A stretch of DNA of 64,000 bases, from the NCBI GenBank assembly GCA_050230475.1, contig JBFLGF010000038.1:1-64000 (forward strand), written 5' to 3'. The notes beneath the pieces were generated by a model, which saw only the letters and a program-made list of their open reading frames with translations, had not been told where the DNA came from and searched no databases. Shown here in pieces: positions 37,781-54,432 of the stretch (positions are counted from its first letter, which is position 1; each line of letters starts with the position of its first letter). The translations under genes were made by a program, and so were the position numbers. The DNA comes from Ancylonema sp. Its lineage: Eukaryota.

Positions 37781-40700
37781 CACCCTCCTAATGTCCACAC
37801 ATTGACAACCCAAAGAAACTTAGCGATCAAAAATCACGAAAGAAAAGTTTCCAGTAGCTCAAAAGTCCAAAACAACAATCCTCGATCCTACACCATCCCA
37901 ATGAGCCTCTTGTTCACTTTGAATACTCCCACACTTGCATGCTTGGTAAACATGTCAGCACCGTTTCCTCACTTCGAACCCACTTCAAGACTATCTCCCC
38001 AATAGCCACCCTATCTCGGATGAAGTGATACTTGGCCAGAATATGCTTCGTACGAGAATGGTAGATTGGATTCTCCACTAGCGCGCCTTGGCACTCTCAC
38101 TGTCTGTTTTCAGCACAATCACCTGCTTCCCCCAACCTCAGGAACCACTAGCTCTCCCCCTTTCATCTCAAACTACAGAGTTGACTAAGGAAACTAGCTT
38201 CTTGGGCGGTCATGGCCAAAGCTAGGTACTCTGTCTCGCAACAACTCAACGTGTTGTTTCCCACAGCTTTGCTCTGCCAGCTAATAGCCCCTCCGGGTGA
38301 CATGAAGCAGTAGCCTGCCCTCCCCCTCATAGTGTCTGGACAGCCATTGTGACCTGCATCTACATATCCCCAAATATCCGTATCTACTCCCCTTCGATAC
38401 AAAATGCCCTCACCTACTGTTTCCCTCAAGTAGCGCAACACCCTCAAGACACCCAATGCTTGAGTTCTGGATTCTGCGCGAACCTACAAAGACTACTCAC
38501 AGCCTCTGCCAGATCTGGACGAGTGCCACCTCAAAGGTACAAGAGACTCCCAATAGCCTGCTTGTAAGGGTATACTGACATCTTGTGGATCTCCTCCACT
38601 GTGGACGGAGCATCAGCCATAGACAGCTTGACCCCAGGGTCAAGTGGAGTGGATTCTGGCCTGCAGTCCTCCATGCGGAAACGCTTCAGCACGTCGCCCC
38701 CATACTTCTCTTGGCAGATAAGGATGTCCCCATTGGGCTGCCTCCGCACCTCAAATCCCAGCATGTACTTTAGTTCCCCCAAATCTTTCATCTTGAAGTT
38801 TTGCATCACCAAGGCCTTCACAATGAGCAAGGTAGCCAGGAACTTGGAAAGCATCCCCAGATCGTCCACGTAGAGACTGAGGAAGATCCGCTTCTCTCCC
38901 TCTCCCATCACATACACACCGAAGTTAGTTGTCAAGCATAAATTTGATCTTCTCGAGGACAGCATCAATGTGGATGTTCCATAGACGACTCGCCTGCTTC
39001 AGCCCGTAGATGCACTTCAGCAGCAGCAGCATCTTGTCTCCTGGGGGGGGCTCCATACCCTCTGGCATCTCCATGAAGACCTCCCCATCGATGTCTGCGT
39101 AGAGGAAGGCAGTCGTGACGTCCATCTGCTGCATCACGAGCCCCTGGGAAGCTGCATAGGCGAAGAGCAGACGTAGACTCTCATGGCGCACCACTAGCGC
39201 AAAGGTCTCGTCGTAGTCAATCCCCTCGCGCTGGGAATAGCCCTTGGCCACCACTCGCCCCTTGTACCTCTCCACCCCTCCGCTAGACAACATCTTCACC
39301 CGCATCACCCAGCGCACTCCAATGACCTTCTTGTGCTTGGGGCGATCCACGATGCGGTAGACGTTGTTGTCAACAAGACTTTGCAGCTCCTAAGCACAGG
39401 CCTCACGCCAGGCCTTGCCATTAGCACCACGGACAGCGTCACGATAGGTGGCTGGAGCATCAGGGGTGCTGGTCGTGGCAGAAGCCAGCAGAACATCGGC
39501 GAATGACCGCCAAGGAGGGACACCGAGCTCCTCAATGGAGAGTGAGGAAACATAGATCTCCTCGTCGAACCTAGTCGCAAGCACTCCTCGATTCCCCCTC
39601 TCACTTCGACGAGGTTGAGGTGGGGGGGCGATATAGGGTAGGTCGTATGCGGGCGCCATATCCCTAGGCTCCTCCCCCACAGCACTTGCGTCAACATCAG
39701 GGACAGCAGCCCCCCCATTCGGATCCGGATCAGGAGCACCAGCAGGGGCACGGGGAACAGGCATAGGAGGGAGGCCATCAAACTCGAAAGGCTCATCATC
39801 ATCATCAGCATGACAATCTGGCTGGGAATCTGGCTTCTTCCACCAGCCAGGGGCTACATCCTCATCAAAGTCTAGCCCCCCCGCAGCATACACCTTCCTG
39901 GATTGTGGGTCCCAGATGCGATAGCCAAGAGAGTTAGAGGTCTAACCCACTAACACCCTCTCCCAAGCCACCGCACCCCACTTTCCACCCCGTGCCGACT
40001 TCTCCGAGTTGCAAAAGGCTTTGCAGCCAATGACTCTGAACTTGGAGACCGTCGGCACTTTACCATTCCACATCTGGAGTGGAGTCTTGGGCTGGCCGGA
40101 GACGGGGGTCACGTTCCGCAGTGATGACCTCTCCCCACAGCGGCTTAGGCAACTCCATCTCAAGAATGATAGCTCGGGCCTTCTCCTGCAACGTCTTGTT
40201 CATTCGCTCAGCTATGTCGTTGCTCTTTGGATTGCGAGGTGGAGCATACTGCTGGTCAACACCCCTCTTCATCAGCGCCTGCTTGAAACTTGCATAAATA
40301 AATTCCCCCCCTTTATCCGAGCGCAGCACTTTCAGCCGTTTCCCACTCTGACTTTCGACTACTGGCAGCCATAAAAAGAATTGCTCCTCAGCATCAGATT
40401 TCGCTTTCAACAAAATGACCCAAGGGCGACGACTAAAAACATCCACGAGCACCATATCATAAAGTGCTCCCCCCAGAGTACAAGGCTCGTTAGGACCAGC
40501 GAGATCCATCACAACCAAATTCAGAGGATTGCGAAGCTTAGGGTCAGGGACTGCAACGAAGTGAGGGTGGCGAGTCATCTTCGCCAACTTGCAAGGGGTG
40601 CAGAAATCGAGTTTTCCCACCACGTTTTCCATACCATGCAGCATCCGCTCCCGCACCATCCGCTCCATCATGGCGACCCCTGAATGCCCCAACCGTCGGT

Positions 40701-42216
40701 GAAGCAGATTGAAAGTTAGCTGCGTTGCGAATCCCTCGAAAACGCCAAGGGGAAATGTTGTCGACGCCCACGTGCACCACCCGGCAGTCCAGAATCGGCC
40801 GACAAAGCTCGCTCTCTGTCATCGTAGCAATCTGAACTTTTTTGTCGCCCACCAATTTCTTGATGACGATCTTGTTAGGCAGCTCGTCGTAGACGGGAGT
40901 GAAACGAGCCTGAAGCTTCTGAATCGAGAAGAGGTTCACCCGCATGTCCCCAAGACATAGAGCACGTCGGTCAGTTCCAACACGCTCAGTCGATTCTGGT
41001 CGCCTACGCAGGCTAGCTGAACAGTCCCCCATTGAGTCACGGCAACCGTGCCGCTGACTTGATGAATTGTAGCTGAATTCTCCAACTCCCGAAGCGAACT
41101 GAAATTGGCAATGTCGGTGCACACATGATGGGAAGAGCATGAATCCCCCAAAAAGGGCTTCTTCAAGCTCTTCTCGTCTTGTGAAAGCTTTCCGACATGC
41201 ACTTCAACGTCGATCGCACACGACTCAAATTGACCCGCTTCAGAAGTGTGAAACTTCAGCCCTCTTACTTGGACATGCCTTCTCGATATGACCGACCTTG
41301 TTGCAATTGCGACATGTCAGCTTCTTAAATTTGCATTGATTTTCGAAGTGACCTGTGTTGCCACAAGCGTAACAAGTCTTGTCCGTTTTGCCTTTGTAAC
41401 CTCCGCCATCGTCAGCCCTTCCCTTTTCCTTGCGGTCGAACCCTTTTTCCGCTACCGGTGCCACCTTTGCCACCGTACTGGTGCCAGAAGGCCTCCATTT
41501 GCGTCTGCAACGCTTCATTGTCAGTTGTAACCGAACTACCCGAACTGGAGCCTTTGTGGGCGCGAAACTCTGAATCGTCGTCTCGCATACACTCTTTGAT
41601 CCAATCGATGTCCGGCACGGAAGTCGCGGGGCCAATGTAATTGTTGATTGCCTCTTTAACGCCTTTGTATTGATCATTGCACCTTGCAAGAAGCGCACGT
41701 CACAAAGTACCGGCACTTAAAGCACACCCCTGCGTCTTCGCCTTATTTTCGATGATGTCCCATCGGGTAATCGTCTCATCGGCAGATTCACCTCGCTTGT
41801 GCTCGAAAGAGAGCACAACCTTCTCAACTCGATCCGCTTCGGTTGCCGTGATACGCTCAAAACGAGCCACTAGCCGGGTCCATATTTCTTTGGGATTCAT
41901 GCTAACCGAGTCGATGACCATGTATAAGTCGTCACTCAGACTCTGCACAATCAAGCTCGCTGCCTTTGCAGCTTCTCGGTCCCAATCTGTTCCGGCCTTT
42001 TTCATCGTGTCGATCGCAGCCTGATTGTTCGTGACCACACCACCTGTGCCTATGATGGCGGTAGGTAGTGGGCCCGGACGCACTCTCGTCCCGTCGACAA
42101 TGTCCAGGACTCCATTGACTAGGAGCCTAGCTTTCATTTTGCCGTACCATGGGGCCCAGTTGGCCTCCGTCAAAACCAGGCCGGCTCTAATGCCGCCTTC
42201 ACTCGCTCTGATACCA

Positions 42217-42687
42217 TGTTGACTTCCATACATTTTTTGGAAGTGGATCGACTAAGTTCAAGACTAGAACTCAACGATATTAGACTTCTCCATGCAAATA
42301 CACGCAAAGCAAAGAACACTTGCAAAGCCGCAATTTTGGTGAGACAGAATTATTGAGTATTAGCCGAAAGTCGACTTACATACTCCGAGCAATGTCTAGC
42401 ACAATCGTGCCCCAACCCTATCGACAAACTGGCATGTGTGACTAGATATCCACGTCGGCAGACTCTAAAGGATAGGTCCGCTCTATTCAAAACATCACCA
42501 CTTTTCGATGTTATCGAATCTAAGCCCCTAACTTGGTACCGACCTTCACACATGTGTCTAATTTGCTCACACCAGATTATTTAGCAACTTATCGACAATA
42601 CAACAACTTATTGCAATATCGATGAAAACAAATGGCAAATCGACAACCCGTCGACAAATCAATGTTGCGACATTATTCATTCTAACA
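42217..42687 (-). repeat. 5' LTR of the copia element (471 bp)
   Basis: TGTTGACTTCC...CATTCTAACA, immediately adjacent to the PBS. Confidence 0.92.
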
Positions 42688-43559
42688 TATCCATGCGCTT
42701 TTAGGACCTTTGTATAGTCATTAGGGCTAATAAGGTCTTCACACTTCAGAGTGCTACTAGTGTACTTGAGATGACCATTATTTTTCCAAACTTCATTCAG
42801 ACATTTCCATCTAACTTCACCGCTTTTTGCTTGTACCTTCTTTTTCTCCTCAGCCATTTGACAATCCAAGCCATTTGACTTGGATCTACAGACTTCGCTC
42901 GAAACGGATGTAGAGACCATTCTTGATCAATTCCTCGTCAACTCTCAGCTCCTATTCCCGCCCCCACTCGAGCCGAGCAAAACGTAGCAAATTCCAGAGC
43001 AACCGCTCAAGCCGCCTGGCGTGATCACAAGGCCGACTACATGGAAGCTAATCGGGGGGGGGAGTAGCATGTATAAGTAAACGGTCGTGCAATGAAATTT
43101 ATTTCATTTATTAAATCATTTAAACAAAAATTGTATCGCTACATCATCATGTCCCTACAAAATGACGCCTATTACATCATTTAGGACCACAAGTGTCGAC
43201 ACAAATATTGCCGAAATCTCCCCTTTCATCAAGGTGCCGGCGCGCTTTGAGATGCCTCAATCATTGTCGCTACGCCTTCCAATGCGAATCCACCCAGACA
43301 ATTGTTTGCTTTCGCAACGAGGCACTCTTGGTCGAAAATGAGGCCGGGGATCGTGATGTCACTCAATTTTGTGCGCCCCGGTGAGAGGTCACCGTTGCTA
43401 AAACATTTTATGCTAAAATATTGTCGAAGTTCATGGCAGCTATTATCCGATTGAGCTCCACAAGTTCGTGATAGGACGAAACTTGTTGTCCTATGTCCAC
43501 TCAAACTAACCGGAATGGTGGCGCGTCACTTACTATTTACCCTGACCATTTGTCATTAC

Positions 43560-44044
43560 TAGGGTGGGCCCCAACCACCAGAATCCCAACCGCCGTCCTA
43601 TCGCCGCAACCGCCACCCAACCGTCCATCCGCCGTCCAACTGCCCTATCTCCGTCCAACCGCCGAGTTGCACCCTACCACCACCGAACCGCCCGACGGCC
43701 ACGCTTGGACGACGGTTGGACCGGTGGGACACCGGTTGGGCCGGTTCGACGACGGTGGTTGGACCGGTTGAACGGCGGTTGGAAATAAAAACCACACCCG
43801 CACCCAATCCTTCCATCTATTTAAGAATATCATATCCCGTTACAGCAAAAAAAACCCGCTACTCCCATACAACCGTACCGTGCGTCCCAACCGTCGCCCA
43901 ACCGCCGTCCAACCTCCATCCGCCGGCTCGGCCGCATGGGCGGTTGGGCGGCGGTTGCTTGGTTGGATGGAGGTCTAGGGGAACTGGCGATTGGCCCACC
44001 GGTTGGTTGGTAGTCGGCGGTTTGGATAACGAGTGCCCACCCTA
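43560..44044. mobile_element. hAT-type MITE
   Basis: TIR TAGGGTGGGC/GCCCACCCTA, near-TSD GTCATTAC / GTCAATTAC, many CAACCG/CGGTTG subterminal repeats in inverted arrangement. Confidence 0.75.
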
Positions 44045-44378
44045 GTCAATTACGCTGGGTCAGAGCTTGGGTCAGAGGCCTCCAGATTTATTTATTTTTC
44101 CTTGCGGTGCAATTAAAGCCCTAAATTGACGGTTGGGGTGAAAAACTGCCCCTAAACGGCCCTTCAATTATAATATATTTTCATTTATAATTTTTAGGTG
44201 TGCTTTCCGGGCGCTTCGGTAATTACGGCCTAGTAAAGACCCCTAATGCCCTCGAGGGTTTTTACATCCCTGGCTATTACTTCAAAGCGCGTTGGGACTG
44301 GAACTATCTGAAAAGAGATTGCGGAGCAGGTTGGTTTGCAAACGTTTTTTTATTTTATTTAACATACGAGCCGCTCAA

Positions 44379-47344
<2,966 letters not shown>

Positions 47345-49058
47345 AGGTGTGTAGTTGGTGGTTGATGATGTTGTGGAAGTCAAAGTATGATTATGTAGGT
47401 GTGATTGCAAGATGTCGATTGGTCTCGTGTGTGTGACTGGAGAAAGTTGCGGAGCAGTGGGTAGAGAGAGTCTATTGAAGAGACTCAAAGAGGTTCTTCT
47501 AGGTCGTTCGCAGTGGCACTGGTAGTGTTGTGGTGTTGTGTCATTGAGTAAACGCCCCGGAAGTGGAAAAAGGGGTAGTGTACATAGGCAAGCCAATAGC
47601 ATTTCAGGTGATTTATCTTAGGAATCATGGGAGGGCATGAAGGCTGGAGACTTCACCTTATTCTTGTATGGCCGTAGAAATGAGATTTACAAACATATGG
47701 ATGCTATATTTATTTGTCAACATGCAACTAGTATGGGGTGTCGTCTGCAATTGATTGAAGATGATGTTAGGTCTATGTTTAAGTGTACAGTCACATCGCT
47801 ACAGTTATATCTGGAAAGTTTTGGTCACTACAACGTATGTCACTATAGCGATTGTCACTATGCTTCTTCGGAACTACGTTACTTTCTATGATACGGATGA
47901 AAAAGTAATGCGACTGCCCGAAAGCGGGTTTTTTTTTTGACATTCGTCCAATTCGGCGGGGTTCCGTATCTCTTCAGAAATACTTCACTTTCGGGGGGAC
48001 GGTAGATCTGGGAACGGCGTCCGTCGTTCCCGGACCCGAAATTGTTGAGATAAACATGTATTTGTCTATAATTTCGCTCTCTTCAGGAATATAGGGGGGG
48101 GCGTTACTCTCGATGTTCAAAGAAATGGTATACAACAAGCTTGTTCAATGCAGACCTAGCAAACTCGCTACGTTTTTTCGTTTACGTCATTTAGAAGTTG
48201 TGATGGAAAGTGACGCAAACAACGCATTCGCATTCTCATGGCCAAAACTGATGGGTTTTTGACCCTCGTGTGTCACACTTATTCTCACGGAGAAGAAGGT
48301 AACGTATTCCCAAAAAGGCTTAGTAGGTTTTTCGTAGGATTAGAGACCGGGCAAAAAAAATGTAACTATATCGAGAATGTCACTAGAGAGAGTGTCACTC
48401 TATCAAGAGTGCACTTTACCGGCCGATATGGCCGCCCTTTTTCGGCGTCAGTCCGGCCCATAGTTGGCTCCGCCCGGGCGGAAAAAACGGGGCGGAGCCA
48501 AAGGCCTAAATACCCGGAAAAAGGATCCGGTGCAATGTGGAGATATGGTCGATGTTTGTTCACAAAAGACTTCATGCCGAGTGTGGCTGCAGACGCCATA
48601 CGCCACACTTCACACATCATAAGTTGTCAACCACTTCGACTTCGTGCGCGGCGTCGCATAATGCGAGAACAATGAATAAATAAAAGTTGTAAATTGAAAT
48701 ATACAACATAAAATTACACGGATGAAGATGGCAATCGTACCGATAAGTGTCATAATAAATCGAATACTTGTCGGATTTGATTTTCAAAAAGATGTACATG
48801 ATGTGCGTGGTCTTGGGATGCTTCTACCGAAGACCTTAAAAATCTGTGGGACTCCGCCCGGGGCGAAAATCGGGGCGGAGCCAACTTATGGTCCGGCCTC
48901 CGTCCGGATGCGCTGGCCGGACGGCCGGGCAGTGGCTGCGCGGCAGAACCAGCGGCCGGCTGGCAGGAACCAATTGGCCTGAAACGGCCGGCGGGACACC
49001 GGTCGCCGGCTATGATCATGCCGCGGGAACCCCTCCCATACGCAGGCCATCCCACATG

Positions 49059-49558
49059 TAGGGTTGGCGACACCGCCCTACCGCCCTACTCCCTACCGTT
49101 TCACCGCGGTAGCTACCGCGGTAGCTACCGATGCTCAAATATGCAGTAGGGGGTAGGGAAATTAGCCCAACCGCGGTTGGCTTGGTAGGGGGTAGAGCGG
49201 TAGGAAATAATCGGTAGGGAACGGTACGGAACGGTAGGGATCGGTAGGGAACGGTAGGGAACAGTAGGGATTCCCGGAAATATTCGATTCCATACTAGGG
49301 AATCGAATATTTCCCTAGTTTTGTCTGTTTTTTTTTTTTTTTTTTGGGTCGCAAATTACATCGTAGACTTTACGCTGGAAAAAAAATCCCCTACCGTTTC
49401 CTACCGTGTTCCTACCGATTTCCCTACTGCCTGCCGCCACACAAGCCCCGACCGATGCCCGGCCGGACTAAATCCGAAATCCGTAGGAAGCGGTAGGGGG
49501 AGAATACCGTGGTAGAAACCCTCTACCGCGGGCCGAAAATGCGGTGTCACCAACCCTA
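49059..49558. mobile_element. hAT-type MITE
   Basis: TIR TAGGGTTGGCGACACCGC / GCGGTGTCACCAACCCTA, perfect 8-bp TSD CCCACATG, CTACCG/CGGTAG subterminal repeats. Confidence 0.88.
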
Positions 49559-50000
49559 CCCACATGACGAGGAGCTCGTGCGGCTGCTTCCAGCCTGAAG
49601 TACAGCTGTCGCTCGCTTTGAGTTCGTCAGCAAGCAGGCAATCATGAGCGGCCGCCAAGTACGCTGCTTTGCTGACCCGATTTGGGTAGGGCGTCTGCAT
49701 GGCTTACAACAACAAACGATTTAACGACTCGGATTAGCCGGATCGGAGCCAGCCGGCAGGTATCAATTCGATAATTTACCGTAAGGTTTTGTCGTATTGG
49801 GATGCGCACGCCGCAAATCAGGTCTGGAAGTCGACCAACTTTTGGAAGATGGGCTCCAAATATCCAGGTTTTGGGCGTGCCCAGACGCATGCGATTTTCT
49901 GTAGCGGACATATGTGCTACGATTGAATCCAATTGATACGAGCCGCAGTACGGTCATGAGCCGGGAAAAAATCCCAATGCGCGACAAAGTTGACTTTGGT

Positions 50001-50119
50001 TGTCGGCACGTGGGATCGCGCGTGCCCAGCAGTAATATCTGCCGTCTATGTGCCATCTGTCAGCACGTGGGATCGCGCGTGCCCAGCAGTAATGTCTGCC
50101 GCACATGTGCCATCTGTCA
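50001..50119. repeat. 57-bp tandem duplication, each unit carrying a G-box (CACGTG)
   Basis: GCACGTGGGATCGCGCGTGCCCAGCAGTAAT..TGTGCCATCTGTCA occurs twice. Confidence 0.8.
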
Positions 50120-50502
50120 ACAATAAGATATCTACCGGTCAATGTGCAATCCAATCCCGAATGCCGGCTGCTGCGTCCTGCTGTGGCCGACTTTTTGACT
50201 CTGTCCCACGGCGGATGGAAAGTGGCGCCACCAGACACAGCGCCTCTCCGTATTTGTTTGTTGCCCCAACATAGTACAGCGGCGGTAAATATTTTTCCAG
50301 GCTTCCTTGTCACAACGCCCACCTGTTTCCTTTCATTCCTCCGTTCGACTGTGAGAACTTGTCTTGTTTCGTTCGTCGTTCAATTCACTGCTCCATTTCC
50401 TCAGTTGTAGGGGGTTGCTGGTGACGGAAGAACGGGGCTGAACTCTCAAAAAGGCGTAGTCACCTTAATTATTAGCCAGGTCTTGAAAGGTTGGGAGAGG
50501 TG

Positions 50503-52633
50503 ATGAATATGGCTCCTCGAAACAATAAATCAAGTCATTTTCTGGGACTAACTGCCATGAACCATATTTCCAGAAACTGCACCAACGTACAGAAGTCGAT
50601 TGACTTCTATTGCAACGTTCTAGACTTTATCGAAATAAAACGACCGCGCTCATTCGACTTTGATGGCGCGTGGTAAGCGAAGGAATTTTGGGCTTCATGG
50701 TGGAACTTTCAGCTGGAAATTCAATTCAATTCTATTTGGCGTGTATCTTGAGTCATGAGAAAGCATGACATGCTGGAATTCTCAGCACGTAAACTTAGAA
50801 CGTCAACTAAGGAACACGTAGTGGCGCCCGTCGAATATAAAACTGGCGTGTTGAATTATATACTATTGGTAACCTTCATTCTCGATAGTGACGAAAATGT
50901 TGAGCTCGGGAGCATGTTGTTGGACAGCTCGAATGGAACGATATTTTCCACTGGTTATTCTGAGAATTTTCATAAGTCTTCGTTCAGTAGCTGGCGCCAC
51001 GGGCACATAATTATGTGCATACATTAACTTGCAAGCGCACCTGAAACAAATTTGTTGTTTCTGCGATGAAGCCGTCAATTCTCTCCTCTCCGCGTGTCAT
51101 TTTTCTTCTTCTTCACCTTTTCCTCGTGTATGCTGAATGAGCGGCATGATGACCATTCACGCTGCTTCCGAGCTGGTGCAGCGGAAGTCTCTCTCTTATC
51201 AGCATGCATAGCCAGTCGGTTGTGCTGACGGCCGGTAGCTGACGGTTGTGCAACCACCTGTCTTTCAGGCTATTCAATTACGGCATCGGCATCCACCTCC
51301 TCAAGGATGAGGCAGCAGTCACGGCGGAGGTGGCAGAGCGGAAGATTAATCATCGAGCAGACCATATTTCATTTCAGGTACGGCTTGTGTCATTTCTCCA
51401 ACCCAGACCCTCGTGGCCTCAGGGCCTCATGGCCTCATGACCTCGTGGCCGGCATTGCATCCATTCATAACTGCTCTGACTTTTGGTCACGGGGAGTAGA
51501 AGTTATAATGTGCCCAATTTTATTACTGACCCCCATAATTGCCAGCATAATGTCACCTATGAGAAAGTTAACACTTTATCCACAAGAAGAATATAATTGC
51601 TATCAAACAGGTGGAGCAAGCAGACAGTGTGTACGTCAGCACATGCTAAGAGTTTACATCAGCACATACTAGGAATAGTAAAATACCGTGAAACCTTTGT
51701 AAAAGGACATGTAACCCAGGTTTTTGGTCACATAGTATCATGACACTAGAATTGGTCGCACAGCTTATAGAATCAGCTGAATTACTCCCCCAACCAAAAT
51801 GTGAACCTCTGTACTGTCATCGCAAGGGGTCCTATATAACGAGGGTCTCTGATTATTCAGTGCAAAAGGGTCCTCCATAAGTGGGTGCTCCGTATTTTCA
51901 GTGCGAAAGAGTCCTTTATGACGAGGTTTTCCCCGTCCGTACCTGTTGCCCCCGTTTCCAGTGCGAAGACATGCAAAAAGCGGAGCGCGGCCTGGAGGCC
52001 CACCACGTGCCCTTCATCCGCCAGGTGGTGGCCGAGGGCGGCATCCTCATCGACCAGCTCTTCTTCCACGACCCCGACGGCCACATGATCGAAATCTGCA
52101 ACTGCCAGCTGCTCCCCGTGGAGCCCCTCCCCTGCCCCCGCGCCTGCCCAGTCTCCTCCGCCTCCCCCAGCCCCCGCTGCACCCCCGCCACCTCCCGCAA
52201 CTGCTCCCCCAAACTGTCGCCCACCCTCGCCTGCTCGGAGGCGGTTGGGGCCAAACTGGCGGCGGCGGGGGTGGGCCTCAGCTCCAGCAGGTTCAGTACG
52301 GGTAGAGGGGCGGGGGCGGGGCCAGGGGCGGGGGCGGGTTCCCCCTCGATACTGATCCCCTGGAGAAGCTCTCACGGGAGTGTGTGGAATCCGGAGCCTC
52401 GTGACTCCACCCCCCCGGTGATAACCGGAACCGTGTGGAAGCCGGAGGGGGAGGCGGGGGAGTATGTGGGCGGCTTCAAAGGGGATGCAATCTCATTGGC
52501 TGCTGCTGCCGCCGGGGTGGGGAACCTATCAGAATTCCGCACCTCTCAACACGGGCTGTTTATGGAGGGATCCGTTTCGCAAGACATGCAGGATGCGAAG
52601 AGGAAACGAGATGAGATTTCAGCGTGTGCTTAA
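50503..52633 (+). CDS. Glyoxalase I-like / VOC-superfamily protein (plant GLXI-like), with long C-terminal extension (~316 aa; exons 50503-50672, 51269-51377, 51962-52633)
   Basis: MNHISRNCTNVQKSIDFYCNVLDFIEIKRPRSFDFDGAWLFNYGIGIHLL, DHISFQCEDM, DQLFFHDPDGHMIEICNC are the plant GLYI-like family motifs. Start may be ATG 50503 or 50509. Confidence 0.9.
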
Positions 52634-54432
52634 GGGGGAAGGGGGGGGCTAACGCCATTTGTACATAACCAGAGTGAGCATCGGATTCGTGATGCGCCAA
52701 TGCGCCTACACCCACTCCCGAAATTGACAGTGGCCGAGGTGAACATTTGATTCGAAAGCATTGTGTGATTAACATCGAGTTTTTGCATCCAAAAGAGGGA
52801 TTCGCGTATAGTTGTTGCAAGTGGCTGCAGCAAGTAGTCGACACGTAGCGAGTGCGTTCCCAGGACGTGTAGATATAAAGAATGTACGGAATATTTGAGA
52901 TGGTGCAATTAGAAAGTAGTTGGGTCGCATGGTCGTCTTTACCCGGAACTCTAATGTCGCAACATGATGGGTATGATTTAAAAAAAATAAAATCGCAAGA
53001 GTGATAGTTACGTTGACATTTGGAAAGCAATATCGAAGAATGCATGCTTTTTACTCATTGTCATTTGTTGCCGTATTGTGGATCTGGTACGATCATGATG
53101 TCAAAGTACTTTTTGGTTGTATGAGACTTGCATTGGCATCGAGGCTTTTTCCACCCAACCATGATGCTCATGATGGATTTAAATTTATGGTTTCGGAGGG
53201 TTTCGTGTCGAAAAACTTCGTATAGTGGAAAATAATTGTTACGGGAGTGGGGTGTTGTGGGGTGTTTCGACGAAATTGGTTCAATAAAGCTTTCAACCGA
53301 TTGGGTACAATCGATAGTGGGTACCGATTATATTGCATGATAACGCAAAGTCAAGATACATGTTTAGGTAACTAACATATTACTGCGGTAGAATTCCTCC
53401 ACCGCTCCCCAAAACGTTGTTGTTGACGGCGCCAACCCTCTACACGATCCCGCACATCGTGTCTGCACTAGTGCATAGCGACGTCCGCATGGAGATCAAC
53501 GAGGGAAAGCGTGGAGAGCCAGCTTGAGGCGAACCCAGAATCAACTATAGAATTGGTACCGGATTCATTTAACATGTTGATGATACACTAAGCCTTCCTA
53601 CCAAAAAAAAAAAAAAAACAAACAAACAAAAAAAAACACTAAACCTTCTTATAAAATTTATTTAAAAAAAAAAAAAAAAAAACTTATTTATAGGTTTTGA
53701 TTTTTTTCAATGAGCTCCACCCGGTTGCTTGACGTGCCTCAAGAGTCACGCCGCAAGTTAACGGAATGTAGCTCCAAAGTTTTTTTCCCATATCTCCATC
53801 GCGACTCCGCGAGAGCGATGCTCCGTCCCGAATTTGGGACCCCCCTAAATCTCGTTACTCGACATGCGACCTTCTTCCCGTGTGCTTTGCAAATTGTTGC
53901 CCTTTGGGTGACGTGTCCGCGTGTGATATGCACATGTAAGTACTATGCACACATTTTCAAACAAAAAAATGCAGAACGGCACGAATCATTCTCCCTTATA
54001 AATATGTTATGTAAAAAACCTCCAAGAATGTCTCAATCGTCCCCAACAAAAACCTTCTTAGGTAGATAACCAAACACTCGGAAGTACGGGTGTCAGGGTG
54101 TCACTTATTTTAATATTTACTTGCGACATGCGCGTGCATGACACGGAAACAAGCTCTCTTGCTTGTTCGAGCATATATGGGTGGTCGACATGGTGCTTTA
54201 TCCGCATCACTGAACCCATCCCGCATGAACAACGGGCTAGGATTCGGGTTGCGGCAACCCCTTCAACCTAAGAACTATGACGATTGAGGTCGTTTTAAGT
54301 ACACACTATTAAGGTAGAGCTTAGGTACACTATTCGCACAATTTGATCACCAGTTTGGTAAAAATTCAAACGTCTTCCCAACATAGACACCACGTTATCA
54401 ACTACACGCGCACATTCCAAATCCCCGAAAAC

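Larger units (their letters stand above)
37339..42687 (-). mobile_element. Ty1/copia LTR retrotransposon, full length but degenerate (stops/frameshifts)
   Basis: Two TG...CA LTRs (37339-37780, 42217-42687). tRNA-Met PBS TGGTATCAGAGC (42216-42205) and PPT (AGGAGGGTG) next to the 3' LTR. Domain order gag (zinc knuckles) - protease (DSCSSHH) - integrase (MDLAGP, LRSDKGGEF, AERMNKTL) - RT (QMDVTTAFL, IYGLKQA, LYVDDL) - RNase H (YVDAG, SCCETEY). Confidence 0.95.
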
